Source of the DNA: Spirochaetota bacterium
GTDB lineage: Bacteria > Spirochaetota > UBA4802 > UBA5550
DNA: 64,000 nucleotides
Direction: 5' to 3'
Assembly (NCBI GenBank): GCA_040768125.1
Contig: JAXGNG010000001.1
Location: 1,095,318-1,159,317 of the forward strand
The position numbers were made by a program, and so were the translations under genes. The notes below the pieces were generated by a model that saw only the letters and a program-made list of their open reading frames with translations, was not told the DNA's origin and ran no database searches. This document shows, piece by piece, positions 1 to 10,143 of the stretch; positions within the stretch are counted from its first letter, which is position 1, and every line of letters begins with the position of its first letter.

Positions 1-1908
1 CAGCTCGAAGATGAAGCGCGAGGGCTCCCGCTGGTAGATCTCGTTGAAGGAGCGGCGGAGGTCCGCCGAGGTGAGGTAGACCCGCTCCCTGGCCCTGGTG
101 ATCCCCACGTAGCAGAGGCGGCGCTCCTCCTCCAGGCCGTCCTCGGTGTCGGAGGAAAGGCGATGGGGGAAGGTGTCCTCCTCCATGCCGGTGAGGAAGA
201 CCACGGGGAACTCGAGGCCCTTGGCGTTGTGCACCGTCATCAGGGTGACCGCGCCCGCCGTTGTTTCGATTTCCCCGGGGTTCTCCTCCGAGGTATAGAG
301 GGATATGTCCTGTAAAAACTGGTCGAGGCCGGCGTCGGGAAGGGCCGTCTCGTAGTCGTAGATGCCGTTGATAAGCTCGCCGAGGTTTTCGAGGCGGGAG
401 CGGCTTTCCGCCGTGTCCTCTTCCTCGAGGGCCTTTCGGTAGCCCGTGAGGTCCAGGAGGCGCTCCGCGAAGGCGGAGAGCCTGAGGTCGGGGACCCTGC
501 CGGCCAGGTCCATCGCCTCGGTGACGGCCGCCCTGAATTCCTCGAGGCCCCGGGGGGCGCGTTCACCCATGAGGCCGTCGCGGATGACGTGCCATTCGGG
601 AACCCTCTCCCGGGAGGAGGCGGCCCGTATCTTCTCGACGGTGACCTTCCCGATTCCCCGGGCCGGTGTGTTGATGATCCTCAGGAGGGAAACCCGGTCA
701 AGGGGGTTCGCGATGAATTTCATGTACGCCAGTATGTCCTTGACCTCCTCCCTGTCGTAGAACTTCATGCCCCCCACCACCCGGTAGGGGATGTTCTCCC
801 TCCTGAGGCGGTCCTCGAAGACGCGTGACTGCGCGTTGGTCCGGTAGAAGACGGCGCAGTCGCGGTGCTTGATGCCCTCGCGGCGCCTGAGGGAGATGAT
901 CGTGTTGACCACGAATTCGGCCTCGCCGTATTCATTGTTGGCCCGGCACCAGACGACCGCCTCGCCGTCGTCCCGGTGGGCCACCAGGTTCTTTTCCTTC
1001 CTCTGGGTGTTGTTGCGTATCACCGCCGAGGCGGCGTCGAGTATCGGGCGCGTTGACCGGTAGTTCCTGTCCAGGGTGATGACCCTGGCGTCGCCGTAGT
1101 CCTTCTCGAACTCGAGGATGTTGCGTATGTCGGCGCCGCGCCAGGAGTAGATCGACTGGTCGTCGTCGCCCACCACGCAGATGTTGCGCGTGGCGGAGGC
1201 CAGGTGCTTCGCGATCAGGTACTGGGCGTGGTTGGTGTCCTGGTATTCGTCGATCATGAAATGGCTCCACTGGCGCTGGAGCCTCTCCGTCGCCGCGGGG
1301 TTCGACCTGAGGAGCCGAACGGTCCGTATGAGGAGATCGTTGAAGTCAAGGGCATTCGCCCTGGCGAGCTCCTCGTGGTAGCGGGAGTACACCTCTCCGA
1401 AGTCGAAGGGAAGGTTCGTATGGAAAAAGTGCGACGGATCCACGCCGTCGACGAGCTCGGCGCGGTCCTTTATTTCCGATATCTTCGACACGATGGATTC
1501 CGGGCGTATCTTCTTGGGGTCCAGGCGCATGGCCAGGAGTATCTCCTTCACCACCGAGGCCTGGTCCGATGCGTCGTAGACCGAGAAGGAGGGGAGCACG
1601 CCCGCGGCCTCGCCGTGGCGCCGGAGGATGTATACCGACGCGGCGTGAAAGGTCTTGATGAACACGCTTTTCCCGGCGGGCCCGATGAGGGAGACGATGC
1701 GGTTCCTCATCTCCTCCGTCGCCTTGTTGGTGAAGGTGACCGCGAAGATCGACGTGGGGGGCACCCTTTTTTCGCTGATCAGGTAGGCTATCCGGTGCGT
1801 GATCACCCGGGTCTTCCCCGACCCGGCGCCCGCCAGGATCAGGAGGGGCCCCTCGGTGTGCGTGACGGCGCGTTTCTGGTTTTCGTTGAGGTCTGCGGTG
1901 ATCGACAT
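1..1908 (-). CDS. ATP-dependent DNA helicase, UvrD/PcrA/Rep (SF1) family; C-terminus runs past window start
   Basis: Reverse-strand ATG at 1906-1908 gives MSITADLNENQKRAVTHTEGPLLILAGAGSGKTRVITHRIAYL (Walker A), later DEYQDTN, VGDDDQSIYSWRGA and VTLMTVHNAKGLEFPVVFLTGMEE helicase motifs. The frame stays open to position 1. It is absent from the ORF track because it is cut by the window edge. Confidence 0.9.
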   Translation of the reverse strand, partial: MSITADLNENQKRAVTHTEGPLLILAGAGSGKTRVITHRIAYLISEKRVPPTSIFAVTFTNKATEEMRNRIVSLIGPAGKSVFIKTFHAASVYILRRHGEAAGVLPSFSVYDASDQASVVKEILLAMRLDPKKIRPESIVSKISEIKDRAELVDGVDPSHFFHTNLPFDFGEVYSRYHEELARANALDFNDLLIRTVRLLRSNPAATERLQRQWSHFMIDEYQDTNHAQYLIAKHLASATRNICVVGDDDQSIYSWRGADIRNILEFEKDYGDARVITLDRNYRSTRPILDAASAVIRNNTQRKEKNLVAHRDDGEAVVWCRANNEYGEAEFVVNTIISLRRREGIKHRDCAVFYRTNAQSRVFEDRLRRENIPYRVVGGMKFYDREEVKDILAYMKFIANPLDRVSLLRIINTPARGIGKVTVEKIRAASSRERVPEWHVIRDGLMGERAPRGLEEFRAAVTEAMDLAGRVPDLRLSAFAERLLDLTGYRKALEEEDTAESRSRLENLGELINGIYDYETALPDAGLDQFLQDISLYTSEENPGEIETTAGAVTLMTVHNAKGLEFPVVFLTGMEEDTFPHRLSSDTEDGLEEERRLCYVGITRARERVYLTSADLRRSFNEIYQREPSRFIFEL

Positions 1909-2130
1909 TGTTTCCCCCGGGGAACGACGGTCGCAGGATGCCGGCCACCCGGCATTGTGGCAAGAAAAAAAATTGCATTCCGCATTTTTATGTCCCCCGG
2001 TGGTTTTTTACATTTGACAGGCGGCCCGATCCGCCTTTTGTATGATCGGAGCGGGGTTACGCCGGAAGGGAACCTCCGGCGGCGCCCATGACGCACCGCG
2101 GCGCGTCAATTCTCACGGGCGGGTGAAGCA

Positions 2131-3030
2131 ATGGCCGACAGCATACTGGTGGTGGACGATTCCCACCTGGACACAACCGTAATCAAGCGGCTTCTTTCCG
2201 ATTACCGCGTGATGAGCGCGGGTAGCGGGGAGGAGATGTGGAAGCTCCTCGAGGGCGAGATTCCCTCGATCATCTTCCTCGACGTGGTGCTTCCCGGCGA
2301 CGACGGCTTCGAGCTGGCGGCGCGGCTTTCGAGGCATGAGCGCTACGCCGACATCCCGATAATATTCATCACGTCAAAGGACACGGGGGGCGACGTGGAG
2401 CGGGGCTTCGAGTCCGGGGGGTTCGATTACATCAAGAAGCCCTTCGCCGAGAAGGAGCTCCGGGCCCGCCTCAGGTCGGCCCTGGAAACGAAGCGGCGCG
2501 AGCGCGAACTGCGGGAGAAGACCGTCATCGATCCCCTCACGGGGGTCTACAACCGCCGCTATTTCTTCGAGGCCCTCGAGAAGAACATCGAGCACTCGCG
2601 GAGAAACCGGCAGAATGTCTTCGCCCTGGCCCTCATCGACATCGATAACTTCAAGCATGTAAACGACCGCCACGGGCACCAGGCGGGGGACAGGGTGCTC
2701 GCGGAACTCGCGGATTGCCTCAGGACCCGCATCAGGCCCTACGACATACTGGCGCGGTACGGCGGCGAGGAGTTCGTGGTCATCTTCAAGGATTGCGGCA
2801 AAACGGCGTCCGGGGAGGTGCTCCAGAGGATCAAGGACTTCGTCGAGGCCACGCCCTGCCTTTTCCGCGATATCCCCATCGCGGTTACCTTCAGCGGCGG
2901 CATTGCCGAGATCGGGGAGGTTCCGCCCGATGCCCCCGCCGGAGGGGAACTCCTCAGGATCGCCGACGAGCGCCTTTACATGGCGAAGCAGGCGGGGCGC
3001 AACCGCATCGTCATAGACTGCGTGACGTGA
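2131..3030 (+). CDS. Response regulator with receiver domain and GGDEF diguanylate cyclase domain (PleD/WspR-like)
   Basis: N-terminal REC (LVVDDSHL...IFLDVVLPGDDG...KKPF). C-terminal GGDEF domain with intact GGEEF motif (ARYGGEEFVVIF) and DIDNFKHVNDRHGHQAGD. Confidence 0.9.
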   Translation: MADSILVVDDSHLDTTVIKRLLSDYRVMSAGSGEEMWKLLEGEIPSIIFLDVVLPGDDGFELAARLSRHERYADIPIIFITSKDTGGDVERGFESGGFDYIKKPFAEKELRARLRSALETKRRERELREKTVIDPLTGVYNRRYFFEALEKNIEHSRRNRQNVFALALIDIDNFKHVNDRHGHQAGDRVLAELADCLRTRIRPYDILARYGGEEFVVIFKDCGKTASGEVLQRIKDFVEATPCLFRDIPIAVTFSGGIAEIGEVPPDAPAGGELLRIADERLYMAKQAGRNRIVIDCVT

Positions 3031-3035
3031 ACATG

Positions 3036-4146
3036 CTCCCTGAATTCAACATTCAAGTGCAACAAATCAGTTCATTCAACAGCGATCTCGGGGTACGCCA
3101 CCCACGGGATTTTCGGGGCCTCGAATTTATTGCACAGAGGATATCCTCAAAATCATCATCGGTCAAGTGGGCAAAACTTTTTTTCTTAGGGATATACTGG
3201 CGGATGCGTCCATTGATATGCTCATTTAACCCACGTTGCCATGAACAATATGGATCGGCAAAGAAGACCTTGCATTCCAATGCTTTTTCGATATTCTGAA
3301 ATAAGCTGAATTCACTACCATTATCGAATGTAATTGTTTTAACGAATCCGGCAGGTAAATCGTTCAGTGCCTCCACGACAGCTCGGGATACGATTTCCGC
3401 ATCCTTGGAATGGACTGGAACACCCCAGATATGCGCCAGTTTGCGGTCAACCAGGGTAAGTAAATATGCATCATTCCCTGCACTGGTAATGAGATCACCC
3501 TCCAAATGGCCGGCGACAGTCTTTTCATCAGCCTCTATCGGACGTTCACAAATGTTCCGTTTCCCAGCAATAAGTTCTCTTTTTTGATATATCAGGGACC
3601 GTTTCTGACGTTTATTCCTCTTTGTGAACAGATAATTAAGCAATAACATATTGTGGTACTCCCCATGCTGCGCATACACCCATTGATAGATGGCTTCAGT
3701 TGATATATGCATCTCAGGATCTCCGGGAAACTGGCTCCTCAAATAATATGATGTGACTTCAGGGGAATTTCTCTCCATAAGCAAAGAGCATACAAGAAGC
3801 CGTAACACACCATTGCTATCGAGCTTTCTCCGACGCCTATACCTTCGGGCGCAATAACGTTCATGTGCATCTTGATAATGATAGCCTTTTGTCCTGTTTC
3901 GTGTATGCTCTCGATAAATGGTAGATCGATCGCGTCCCAGATATTTGCTCAATTCAATCTTTGATACGCTAGAATAGAGCATTTTTTGGATGACATGGCG
4001 CTCGTCTTTCGTTATGTGTGAATACAGTCTCATGGGTGGTTCCTCCTCGGATTATGTTCTGTCAAACTCAATCCTATGGGAAGAGCCCCCATGAGACTAC
4101 TATTATTACTGATTCCTAATGTTGCACTTCATCCTTGAATTGAGGC
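3036..4146 (-). mobile_element. IS30-family insertion sequence, complete (~1.1 kb), low GC
   Basis: GC content drops sharply relative to flanks. Imperfect terminal inverted repeats lie around 3041-3066 (CTGAATTCAACATTCAAGTGCAACAA) and 4111-4144 (rc CTCAATTCAAGGATGAAGTGCAACATTAGGAATC), sharing the core AAGTGCAACA. A single transposase ORF is enclosed. Exact ends are +/- a few bp. Confidence 0.8.
3053..4033 (-). CDS. IS30-family DDE transposase
   Basis: 326 aa with N-terminal HTH (HITKDERHVIQKML...) and DDE catalytic region motifs LEGDLI, TFDNGSEF, NEHINGRIRQY typical of IS30 transposases. Intact, no frameshift. Confidence 0.9.
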   Translation of the reverse strand: MRLYSHITKDERHVIQKMLYSSVSKIELSKYLGRDRSTIYREHTRNRTKGYHYQDAHERYCARRYRRRRKLDSNGVLRLLVCSLLMERNSPEVTSYYLRSQFPGDPEMHISTEAIYQWVYAQHGEYHNMLLLNYLFTKRNKRQKRSLIYQKRELIAGKRNICERPIEADEKTVAGHLEGDLITSAGNDAYLLTLVDRKLAHIWGVPVHSKDAEIVSRAVVEALNDLPAGFVKTITFDNGSEFSLFQNIEKALECKVFFADPYCSWQRGLNEHINGRIRQYIPKKKSFAHLTDDDFEDILCAINSRPRKSRGWRTPRSLLNELICCT

Positions 4147-4245
4147 TCCCCTTCGGGGGGGATGCGTAAAAAATGCTTGAAATAAAAAACGCCCTGCTCG
4201 ATGATGGACATCCTGAATGAAGCGTTGAGTTTGTGGCGGGCGGAT

Positions 4246-4280
4246 GCGAGAGAGTGGTCAGACCACTCTCTTTTACTATT
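4246..4280 (+). terminator. Strong hairpin plus U-tract between IS30 right end and rimP (terminator/attenuator-like)
   Basis: AGAGAGTGG-tcaga-CCACTCTCT forms a perfect 9-bp stem at 4249-4271, followed by TTTTACTATT. It lies inside the N-terminal extension of the 4201 ORF, which argues that part is non-coding. Confidence 0.4.
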
Positions 4281-4740
4281 GTGTCACGGCAACAGGGTGG
4301 AACCGTTAAAGGACAGGCTGCAGCGGCATATACGGGACGTCGCGGAGCGTCTCGGGTACCTTGTATACGAGTCGTCGTTTCTCCTGAAGGGCGAAAACAC
4401 CAGGATTTACGTGAAAATCGACAGTACCGACGGGGTCACCCACCTCGATTGCGAGAAGTATTCCCGGGGGCTGTCGGAGACGCTGGACGGCGAGGGGGAC
4501 CTTGCCAATTATTCCCTCGAGGTTTCCTCGCCGGGCCTGAACCGCTCGCTCCGCAGCGCCGAGGAGTTCAGGCGCTTTCCCGGCGCGCCGGTGAAGATCG
4601 TGTACACCGTGGGCGACGAGCGGAAGGTCCTCCAGGGCGTCCTCGCCGCGTCGGATGACACCTGCGTGACCGTTACCGGGGACACGGGGGAAACGACGAT
4701 CGCATACGCCGCGATCGCCAGCGCGAAACTTGATTATTGA
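4279..4740 (+). CDS. rimP: Ribosome maturation factor RimP
   Basis: ...LEVSSPGLNRSLRSAEEFRRF... is the RimP signature region (LEVSSPGLDRPL-like); size and position immediately upstream of nusA are as in the conserved operon. Start is uncertain: ORF track gives ATG 4201, but the hairpin at 4249-4280 and N-terminal alignment favour TTG 4279 or GTG 4297. Confidence 0.8.
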   Translation: MCHGNRVEPLKDRLQRHIRDVAERLGYLVYESSFLLKGENTRIYVKIDSTDGVTHLDCEKYSRGLSETLDGEGDLANYSLEVSSPGLNRSLRSAEEFRRFPGAPVKIVYTVGDERKVLQGVLAASDDTCVTVTGDTGETTIAYAAIASAKLDY

Positions 4741-4760
4741 ATGCCGAAGGTGCAGGAGCC

Positions 4761-6212
4761 ATGAGCAAGAATTTTTTTGAAGCATTACACGAGATTGCCC
4801 AGGACAAGGGCATCCCACGGGAGAGCATAGAGCAGATCGTCGAATCCGCCATGCTGTCGGCGTACAAGAAGCAGTACGGCATGATCGACAACGTCAAGGT
4901 GGTGTTCGACCGCGACAAAAACACCGTCAAGGTGGTGTCGAAAAAGATGGTGGTGAAGAACGCCCGCAACAGGGCGGAGGAGATATCCTACACCGAGGCG
5001 ACAAGGATCAAGCCCGACGCCGAGCTGGGCGAGGACATCGAGGTCGAGGAAAACCCCCTGGAATCCTTCGGGAGGATCGCCGCGCAGACGGCGAAGCAGG
5101 TCATCATACAGAAGATCAAGGAAGCCGAGAAGAACATAATCTACGACGAGTTCGTGGACAAGGAAGGCGATCTCATCAACGGCTTTTTACAGAGGAAGAC
5201 CAAGGACGCCATGTACGTCGACCTGGGTCGCACGGAGGGGATCCTTCCCCTTCGCGAGCAGTCGCCCCTTGAACACTACAAGATCGGCGACAGGGTAAAG
5301 TCCCTCATTCTCGCGGTCCAGAAAAACTCCAAGGGCCCCAGCATCATCCTGAGCAGGGCGCATCCCAGATTTATCGAGAAGCTTTTCGAGATGGAGATAC
5401 CCGAGATTTACGACGGCGTGGTGCGCATCGAGAAGATCGTCAGGGAGCCGGGGATGCGGACCAAGGTCGCGGTCACGAGCGAGCGCGACGACGTGGATTC
5501 CGTGGGGGCCTGCGTGGGCATGAAGGGGATCAGGATCCAGTCCATCGTGCGCGAGCTCGAGGGCGAGAAAATCGACGTGGTGGAATGGTTCGAGGACCGG
5601 AAGATAATGGCGGCCAACGCCCTGACCCCGGCCAAGGTTGTGGAGATCGTGGAGAAGGCCGACGGCGGCGTGATCGCCGTCATCGACAATGACCAGAAGC
5701 ACCTCGCCCTGGGCAGGGCGGGACACAACGTGCGCCTGGCCTCCCGACTCTGCGGGTTCGAGATCGATATCAAGTCCGAGGACCAGTACCGCGACTTCCT
5801 TTCCTCGAGCGAGTCCCGCGCCATCCTGGAGCAGCTCTTCTCGAACCCGAGTGAGGAGGAGACCCAGCTCTCGGAACTCCCGGGCCTGGAACCCCGCGTT
5901 ATCAAGCTTCTCGAGAACGGCGGCGTGTTCTCCGTCGAGGACCTCGTCGAGAAGTCCCTCGAGGAACTCATGGAGATAGACGGTATTGGCGAGAAGACCG
6001 CCAAAAAAATACTTGAGATTATTGAAGAAAGTGTTGATTTTGATGATTACGAGGGTGACGATGAAGGGCCCTCCGGGGAAGGGAGCGACGCGGAGAAACC
6101 CGCCGCTGAAGACGCCGGGGAGGGCGATGAAAAAGCCGGGAAGGAAGAGGAGGCCGCCGGGGAAGAAAGCGCGACTGTCGATGAAGTGAGTGAAACGAAG
6201 GAGCAGGATTGA
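4761..6212 (+). CDS. nusA: Transcription termination/antitermination factor NusA
   Basis: MSKNFFEALHEIAQDKGIPRESIEQIVESAMLSAYKK... with S1 and KH domains and a C-terminal acidic tail. AGGAG RBS sits upstream of ATG 4761; the track start 4737 is over-extended. Confidence 0.95.
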   Translation: MSKNFFEALHEIAQDKGIPRESIEQIVESAMLSAYKKQYGMIDNVKVVFDRDKNTVKVVSKKMVVKNARNRAEEISYTEATRIKPDAELGEDIEVEENPLESFGRIAAQTAKQVIIQKIKEAEKNIIYDEFVDKEGDLINGFLQRKTKDAMYVDLGRTEGILPLREQSPLEHYKIGDRVKSLILAVQKNSKGPSIILSRAHPRFIEKLFEMEIPEIYDGVVRIEKIVREPGMRTKVAVTSERDDVDSVGACVGMKGIRIQSIVRELEGEKIDVVEWFEDRKIMAANALTPAKVVEIVEKADGGVIAVIDNDQKHLALGRAGHNVRLASRLCGFEIDIKSEDQYRDFLSSSESRAILEQLFSNPSEEETQLSELPGLEPRVIKLLENGGVFSVEDLVEKSLEELMEIDGIGEKTAKKILEIIEESVDFDDYEGDDEGPSGEGSDAEKPAAEDAGEGDEKAGKEEEAAGEESATVDEVSETKEQD

Positions 6213-6284
6213 TCGCCGGTCCTGGCCCCGGGCACCCGGCGGGGCCGGCGGGAATGATATTCGCCAAGGACGAACGACCGTTAC

Positions 6285-8648
6285 ATGAAAGCCATTGAAA
6301 TAGCCGGAAGAAATCATGTCACGATGGACGACATGATGGAGGTATGCCGCGAGCTCGAGATAGCCTGCGAGTCCGAGGAGAGCGTACTTCTTGAAAAAGA
6401 CATATTCCTGATCGAAAAGAAGATCGAAGCGATAAAGAAGCGCAAGGCCCAGCAGATTGAGGACAGCAAGAAGGGAAGAAAGATCAAGCTGAAGCGCAAG
6501 GTGCACATGCCCAAGGAGGGCAAGGAGGGCGCCGAGGCGCCGGCGGCCGAGGCCCCCCGGAAGGCCCCGGCGCGGCAGGCTCCCAGGACGGCACCCCGCC
6601 CCGGCGAGGAGAGGAAATCCGCCGAGGGACGCGCCCCCCTGAGAAGGGCGCCGGGAGCCAGGCCCGCGGCGAAGGAAGGCGAACGCCCCCGACGCGGGGA
6701 GGGGCCGCCTCGCAGGGAAGGGGAGAAGCCCGGGGCCGAGAAGCCCGCCGCGGCGGTCGAGGGCAAGGACAAGAAGCGCAAGAAGACCAAGGAAAAGGAA
6801 AAGGACAAGCGCAAGTACAAGAAGGAGCACGAGGAGAAGGAGATCACCCTCAGGAAGAGGGGCCAGGAGGAGAAGCGTCGCGAGGCGACCGCTCCTTCCG
6901 AGATCAATATAACTGAAAGCATATCGGTGGGGGAACTCGCCAAGAAGCTGAACATAAAGGCCGCGGACGTGATCGCCAAGCTGATGAAGCTGGGCGTCAT
7001 GGCCACTATCAACCAGATCATCGACTCGGAGACCGCGGAGATACTCGCCGGTGAATACGGGACCGGCGTGAAGGTCGTCTCCCTGTACGACCAGACCGTC
7101 ATCAAGCACGTCGAGGACGACCGTCCCGAGGATTACAATTCCAGGCCCCCCGTCGTGACGGTCATGGGTCACGTTGACCATGGCAAGACGAAGCTCCTGG
7201 ACGCCATTCGACAGACGAACATAATAGACCGCGAGTTCGGCGGGATCACCCAGCACATCGGCGCTTACAGCGTCACCGTGGGCGGCAAGAAGATCACCTT
7301 CCTGGACACGCCGGGCCACGAGGCGTTCACCACGATGCGGGCCCGGGGGGCGAAGGTCACCGACATCGTCGTCCTGGTCGTGGCGGCGAACGACGGCGTC
7401 ATGCCCCAGACCATCGAGGCGATCAACCACGCCAAGGACGCAGGCGTGCCGATCATCGTCGCCATCAACAAGGTCGACCTGGCCGACGCGAACCCCGAGA
7501 AAGTGAAGCACGAGCTCGCCAAGTACGACCTGGTCCAGGAGTCCTGGGGAGGCCAGACGCTCTTCGCCGAGATAAGCGCGAAGTTCGCCCAGAACCTTGA
7601 CGGCCTCATGGAGCTTATCCTGATCCAGTCGGAAATAATGGAATTCAAGGCCAACCCGAAGCTCCTGGCCAAGGGAACGGTCATCGAATCGAAGCTTGAC
7701 ATGGGCCGCGGCGCCGTGTCCACGGTGCTGATTCAGAACGGGACGCTCCGGGTCGGAGATCCCTTCGTCATCGGCGTGTTTTCCGGGAAGGTGCGCGCCA
7801 TGTTTGACGATCTCGGGCGGCCGATAAGCGAGGCGGGTCCCTCGACGCCCGTGGAGGTGCTCGGAATATCGGGCGTGCCCTCCGCCGGCGATCCCTTCGA
7901 GGGCGTGGATTCCGACAAGACGGCGCGGCAGATATCGCAGAAGCGCCTCGAGTACAAGCGCGTCGAATCCGCCAAGAAGGTGAAGAAGGTCACCCTGGAA
8001 TCCCTTAACGAGATGATCCGCGACGGCGAGATGCAGGAGATACGGATCATCGTCAAGGCTGACGTGGACGGGTCATGCCAGGCACTCAAGGAGTCCCTCG
8101 AGAAGCTCTCAACAGAGGAGGTGCGCGTGAAGGTGATCCACACCGGCACGGGGGGCATTAACGAGTCCGACGTCATGCTTGCCTCGGCGTCCAACGCGCT
8201 CATCATCGGCTATCACGTGCGTCCCACGGGGAAGGTGTCGGAGATCGCGGAGCGCGAAAACGTGTCCATCAAGTTTTACAACGTCATATTCGAGGTAACC
8301 GACCACATCAAGGCCGCCATGGAGGGAATGCTCTCGCCGGAGATACGCGAGGAGGTCACCGGTTCCGGTTCGGTGAAGCAGGTGTTCAAGATATCCAGGG
8401 TGGGCTCGATCGCCGGCGCGGTCCTCGAATCCGGGAAGGTGGAGCGGACATCGAAAATGCGGCTCATCCGGGACGGTGTGGTCGTCTTCGACGGCGCGAT
8501 GAAATCCCTCAAGAGGTTCAAGGACGACGTCTCCGAGGTGGTCGCGGGGCAGGAGTTCGGCTTCGGCCTCGATGGCTTTAACGACATCAAGGAAGGCGAC
8601 GCCTTCGAGTCATACCGGCTCGTCGAGATCGCCAAGACGATACAGTAG
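6285..8648 (+). CDS. infB: Translation initiation factor IF-2
   Basis: K/E/R/A/P-rich low-complexity N-terminal region, then G-domain [20 protein letters not shown]...DTPGHEAF...NKVD and C-terminal beta-barrel domains. Canonical position after nusA. Confidence 0.95.
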   Translation: MKAIEIAGRNHVTMDDMMEVCRELEIACESEESVLLEKDIFLIEKKIEAIKKRKAQQIEDSKKGRKIKLKRKVHMPKEGKEGAEAPAAEAPRKAPARQAPRTAPRPGEERKSAEGRAPLRRAPGARPAAKEGERPRRGEGPPRREGEKPGAEKPAAAVEGKDKKRKKTKEKEKDKRKYKKEHEEKEITLRKRGQEEKRREATAPSEINITESISVGELAKKLNIKAADVIAKLMKLGVMATINQIIDSETAEILAGEYGTGVKVVSLYDQTVIKHVEDDRPEDYNSRPPVVTVMGHVDHGKTKLLDAIRQTNIIDREFGGITQHIGAYSVTVGGKKITFLDTPGHEAFTTMRARGAKVTDIVVLVVAANDGVMPQTIEAINHAKDAGVPIIVAINKVDLADANPEKVKHELAKYDLVQESWGGQTLFAEISAKFAQNLDGLMELILIQSEIMEFKANPKLLAKGTVIESKLDMGRGAVSTVLIQNGTLRVGDPFVIGVFSGKVRAMFDDLGRPISEAGPSTPVEVLGISGVPSAGDPFEGVDSDKTARQISQKRLEYKRVESAKKVKKVTLESLNEMIRDGEMQEIRIIVKADVDGSCQALKESLEKLSTEEVRVKVIHTGTGGINESDVMLASASNALIIGYHVRPTGKVSEIAERENVSIKFYNVIFEVTDHIKAAMEGMLSPEIREEVTGSGSVKQVFKISRVGSIAGAVLESGKVERTSKMRLIRDGVVVFDGAMKSLKRFKDDVSEVVAGQEFGFGLDGFNDIKEGDAFESYRLVEIAKTIQ

Positions 8649-8717
8649 CGCCCCCGGAACGTGCCTCCCGTCGCTTCGGTCGATCGCGAATCAATCAAAT
8701 CATCACACGCTGCGATA

Positions 8718-9107
8718 ATGGGCTACAGGAAAGAACGACTCGAAGAGCAGATTAAAAGGACGGTGTCGGAGCTGCTGATCAGGGAGATCAAGGATCCCCG
8801 TATCGGCTTTGCCACCGTCACCGGCGTGGAGCTCTCGAAGGATTATTCGGAAGCGAGGATCGGGATTTCCGTCCTGGGTGAGCCCCGGGACGTGAGAAAA
8901 TCCATCGAGGGGATCAGGTCGGCGACCCCCTACATCCAGCACCGCCTGGGGAAGGGCCTGAGCCTCAGGAACACGCCCAGGGTGTCCTTCTTCCTCGATT
9001 CCTCGGTCGCCGAGGGCGTGCGGATGGTCGAGCTGATCGACAGGCTTGAGCCCTCCGGCGACGACGGGGGGGACGACGATGCAGGGAGCGGTCCCCATGA
9101 GGGATAG
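8718..9107 (+). CDS. rbfA: Ribosome-binding factor A
   Basis: MGYRKERLEEQIKRTVSELLIREIKDPRIGFATVTGVELSKDYSEARI... is RbfA family. Start taken at ATG 8718; the track start 8661 is over-extended. Confidence 0.9.
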   Translation: MGYRKERLEEQIKRTVSELLIREIKDPRIGFATVTGVELSKDYSEARIGISVLGEPRDVRKSIEGIRSATPYIQHRLGKGLSLRNTPRVSFFLDSSVAEGVRMVELIDRLEPSGDDGGDDDAGSGPHEG

Positions 9108-10116
9108 CGCGGCGACGCGCTCCCACACCGCGACGCTCCTCGACACCGCGAGGAACGGGGTGGTGCTGATCGACAAGCCGGAAGGCATGACATCCAATGA
9201 CACGGTCACCGTGGTGCGTCGCATTACCGGCGCCGTCAAGGCGGGGCACAGCGGGACCCTTGACCGCTTCGCCTCGGGGCTCCTGGTCCTCTGCACGGGA
9301 AGGTACACGAGGTTGACGCGCTTCCTCCTGGAGGAGGACAAGGTCTACACCGGCACCGTGCGCCTCGGCGTCACCACGGACACCGATGACCGCGAGGGGG
9401 CAGTGATCGACGAGCGACCCGCGGGTTCGGTAGGCCTGGACGACATCCTTGCCTGCGCCGGAAGGCTCACGGGGGAACAGATGCAGATGCCGCCCCGCTA
9501 TTCGGCCCTGAAGATCCGCGGGCGCCGGGCATCGGACCGCGCGCGAAAGGGGGAGGACGTGGCGCTCAAGGAGCGGCGCGTCGTCGTCCACGAGTTCGCC
9601 GTGGAAGGCCACGACCCCGGATCGGGCCGGTTCGCCTTCCGGGTCCGCTGCTCCAAGGGCACCTATATCCGCTCCCTCGCGCGGGACATGGGTGAGATGC
9701 TCGGCACCGGGGCCCACCTCGAGTCCCTCAGGAGGATCTCGTCCGGGGGGTTCCGGGTGGATGACGCCGCGACCCTGGATCTTCTCCGGGAACGCGCGGC
9801 GGGCAATGCCGGGGCCACGCGGTTCCTTGTCGCGCCTTCGGAGGCCCTGGGAGGCTCCGGGAGGATCATGGTCGATGACGGGGCCAGGGCTCTCGTGATG
9901 AACGGCAGCCCCTTTCCTCCCGAGGGGGTGCGACACCTGGAGGACCGGGGCGGAAAAAGGTTCATTATTCTGGACGAAGGCGAAAATCTGATTGCAATTG
10001 CGGATATGGATATCCAAAAATGGCATCTGCGATATATCAACGTGTTCAACCCGCAATCCGGGGGGGACGGGCGGGGATCCTGGACCCCCGCGTCCGGCAT
10101 CATTCGACGACAATAA
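9097..10116 (+). CDS. truB: tRNA pseudouridine(55) synthase TruB
   Basis: GVVLIDKPEGMTSND...GHSGTLDRFASGLLVLCTG with the catalytic-Asp motif GHSGTLD, and a PUA-like C-terminus. Overlaps the rbfA 3' end by 11 nt. Confidence 0.9.
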   Translation: MRDSAATRSHTATLLDTARNGVVLIDKPEGMTSNDTVTVVRRITGAVKAGHSGTLDRFASGLLVLCTGRYTRLTRFLLEEDKVYTGTVRLGVTTDTDDREGAVIDERPAGSVGLDDILACAGRLTGEQMQMPPRYSALKIRGRRASDRARKGEDVALKERRVVVHEFAVEGHDPGSGRFAFRVRCSKGTYIRSLARDMGEMLGTGAHLESLRRISSGGFRVDDAATLDLLRERAAGNAGATRFLVAPSEALGGSGRIMVDDGARALVMNGSPFPPEGVRHLEDRGGKRFIILDEGENLIAIADMDIQKWHLRYINVFNPQSGGDGRGSWTPASGIIRRQ

Positions 10117-10143
10117 TTATCCGCAGGGAGGATTGGAGCAGCA

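Noticed and set aside
2014-2046. TTGACA ... TATGAT as a promoter for the GGDEF regulator
   Set aside because: The spacer is 21 nt, too long for sigma70. There may be a promoter here, but this pair is not it.
6213-6284. Possible missing ylxR/L7Ae-type small gene between nusA and infB
   Set aside because: The gap is only 72 nt and GC-rich hairpin-like, with no ORF. Many lineages lack these genes.
6460-6900. Low-complexity K/E/R/A/P-rich repeats in infB, and the acidic D/E-rich tail of nusA (6030..6210), considered as possible tandem-repeat or mobile insertions
   Set aside because: Both are the normal disordered regions of IF-2 and NusA. They are in frame and carry no nucleotide-level repeat units.
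5187-7511. 774-aa ORF on the minus strand, antisense to nusA/infB, and many similar long antisense ORFs elsewhere (e.g. 10592..11788, 8965..10113, 14710..16011, 20435..21442, 21770..23104, 24500..25366, 27365..28333, 28936..30060, 29897..31384, 41081..42163, 42401..43396, 48857..49654, 50105..52048, 59852..61159)
   Set aside because: High-GC genomes produce long spurious ORFs opposite real genes. These have low-complexity R/G/P/A-rich translations and no recognisable motifs, and every one overlaps a strongly supported gene on the other strand.
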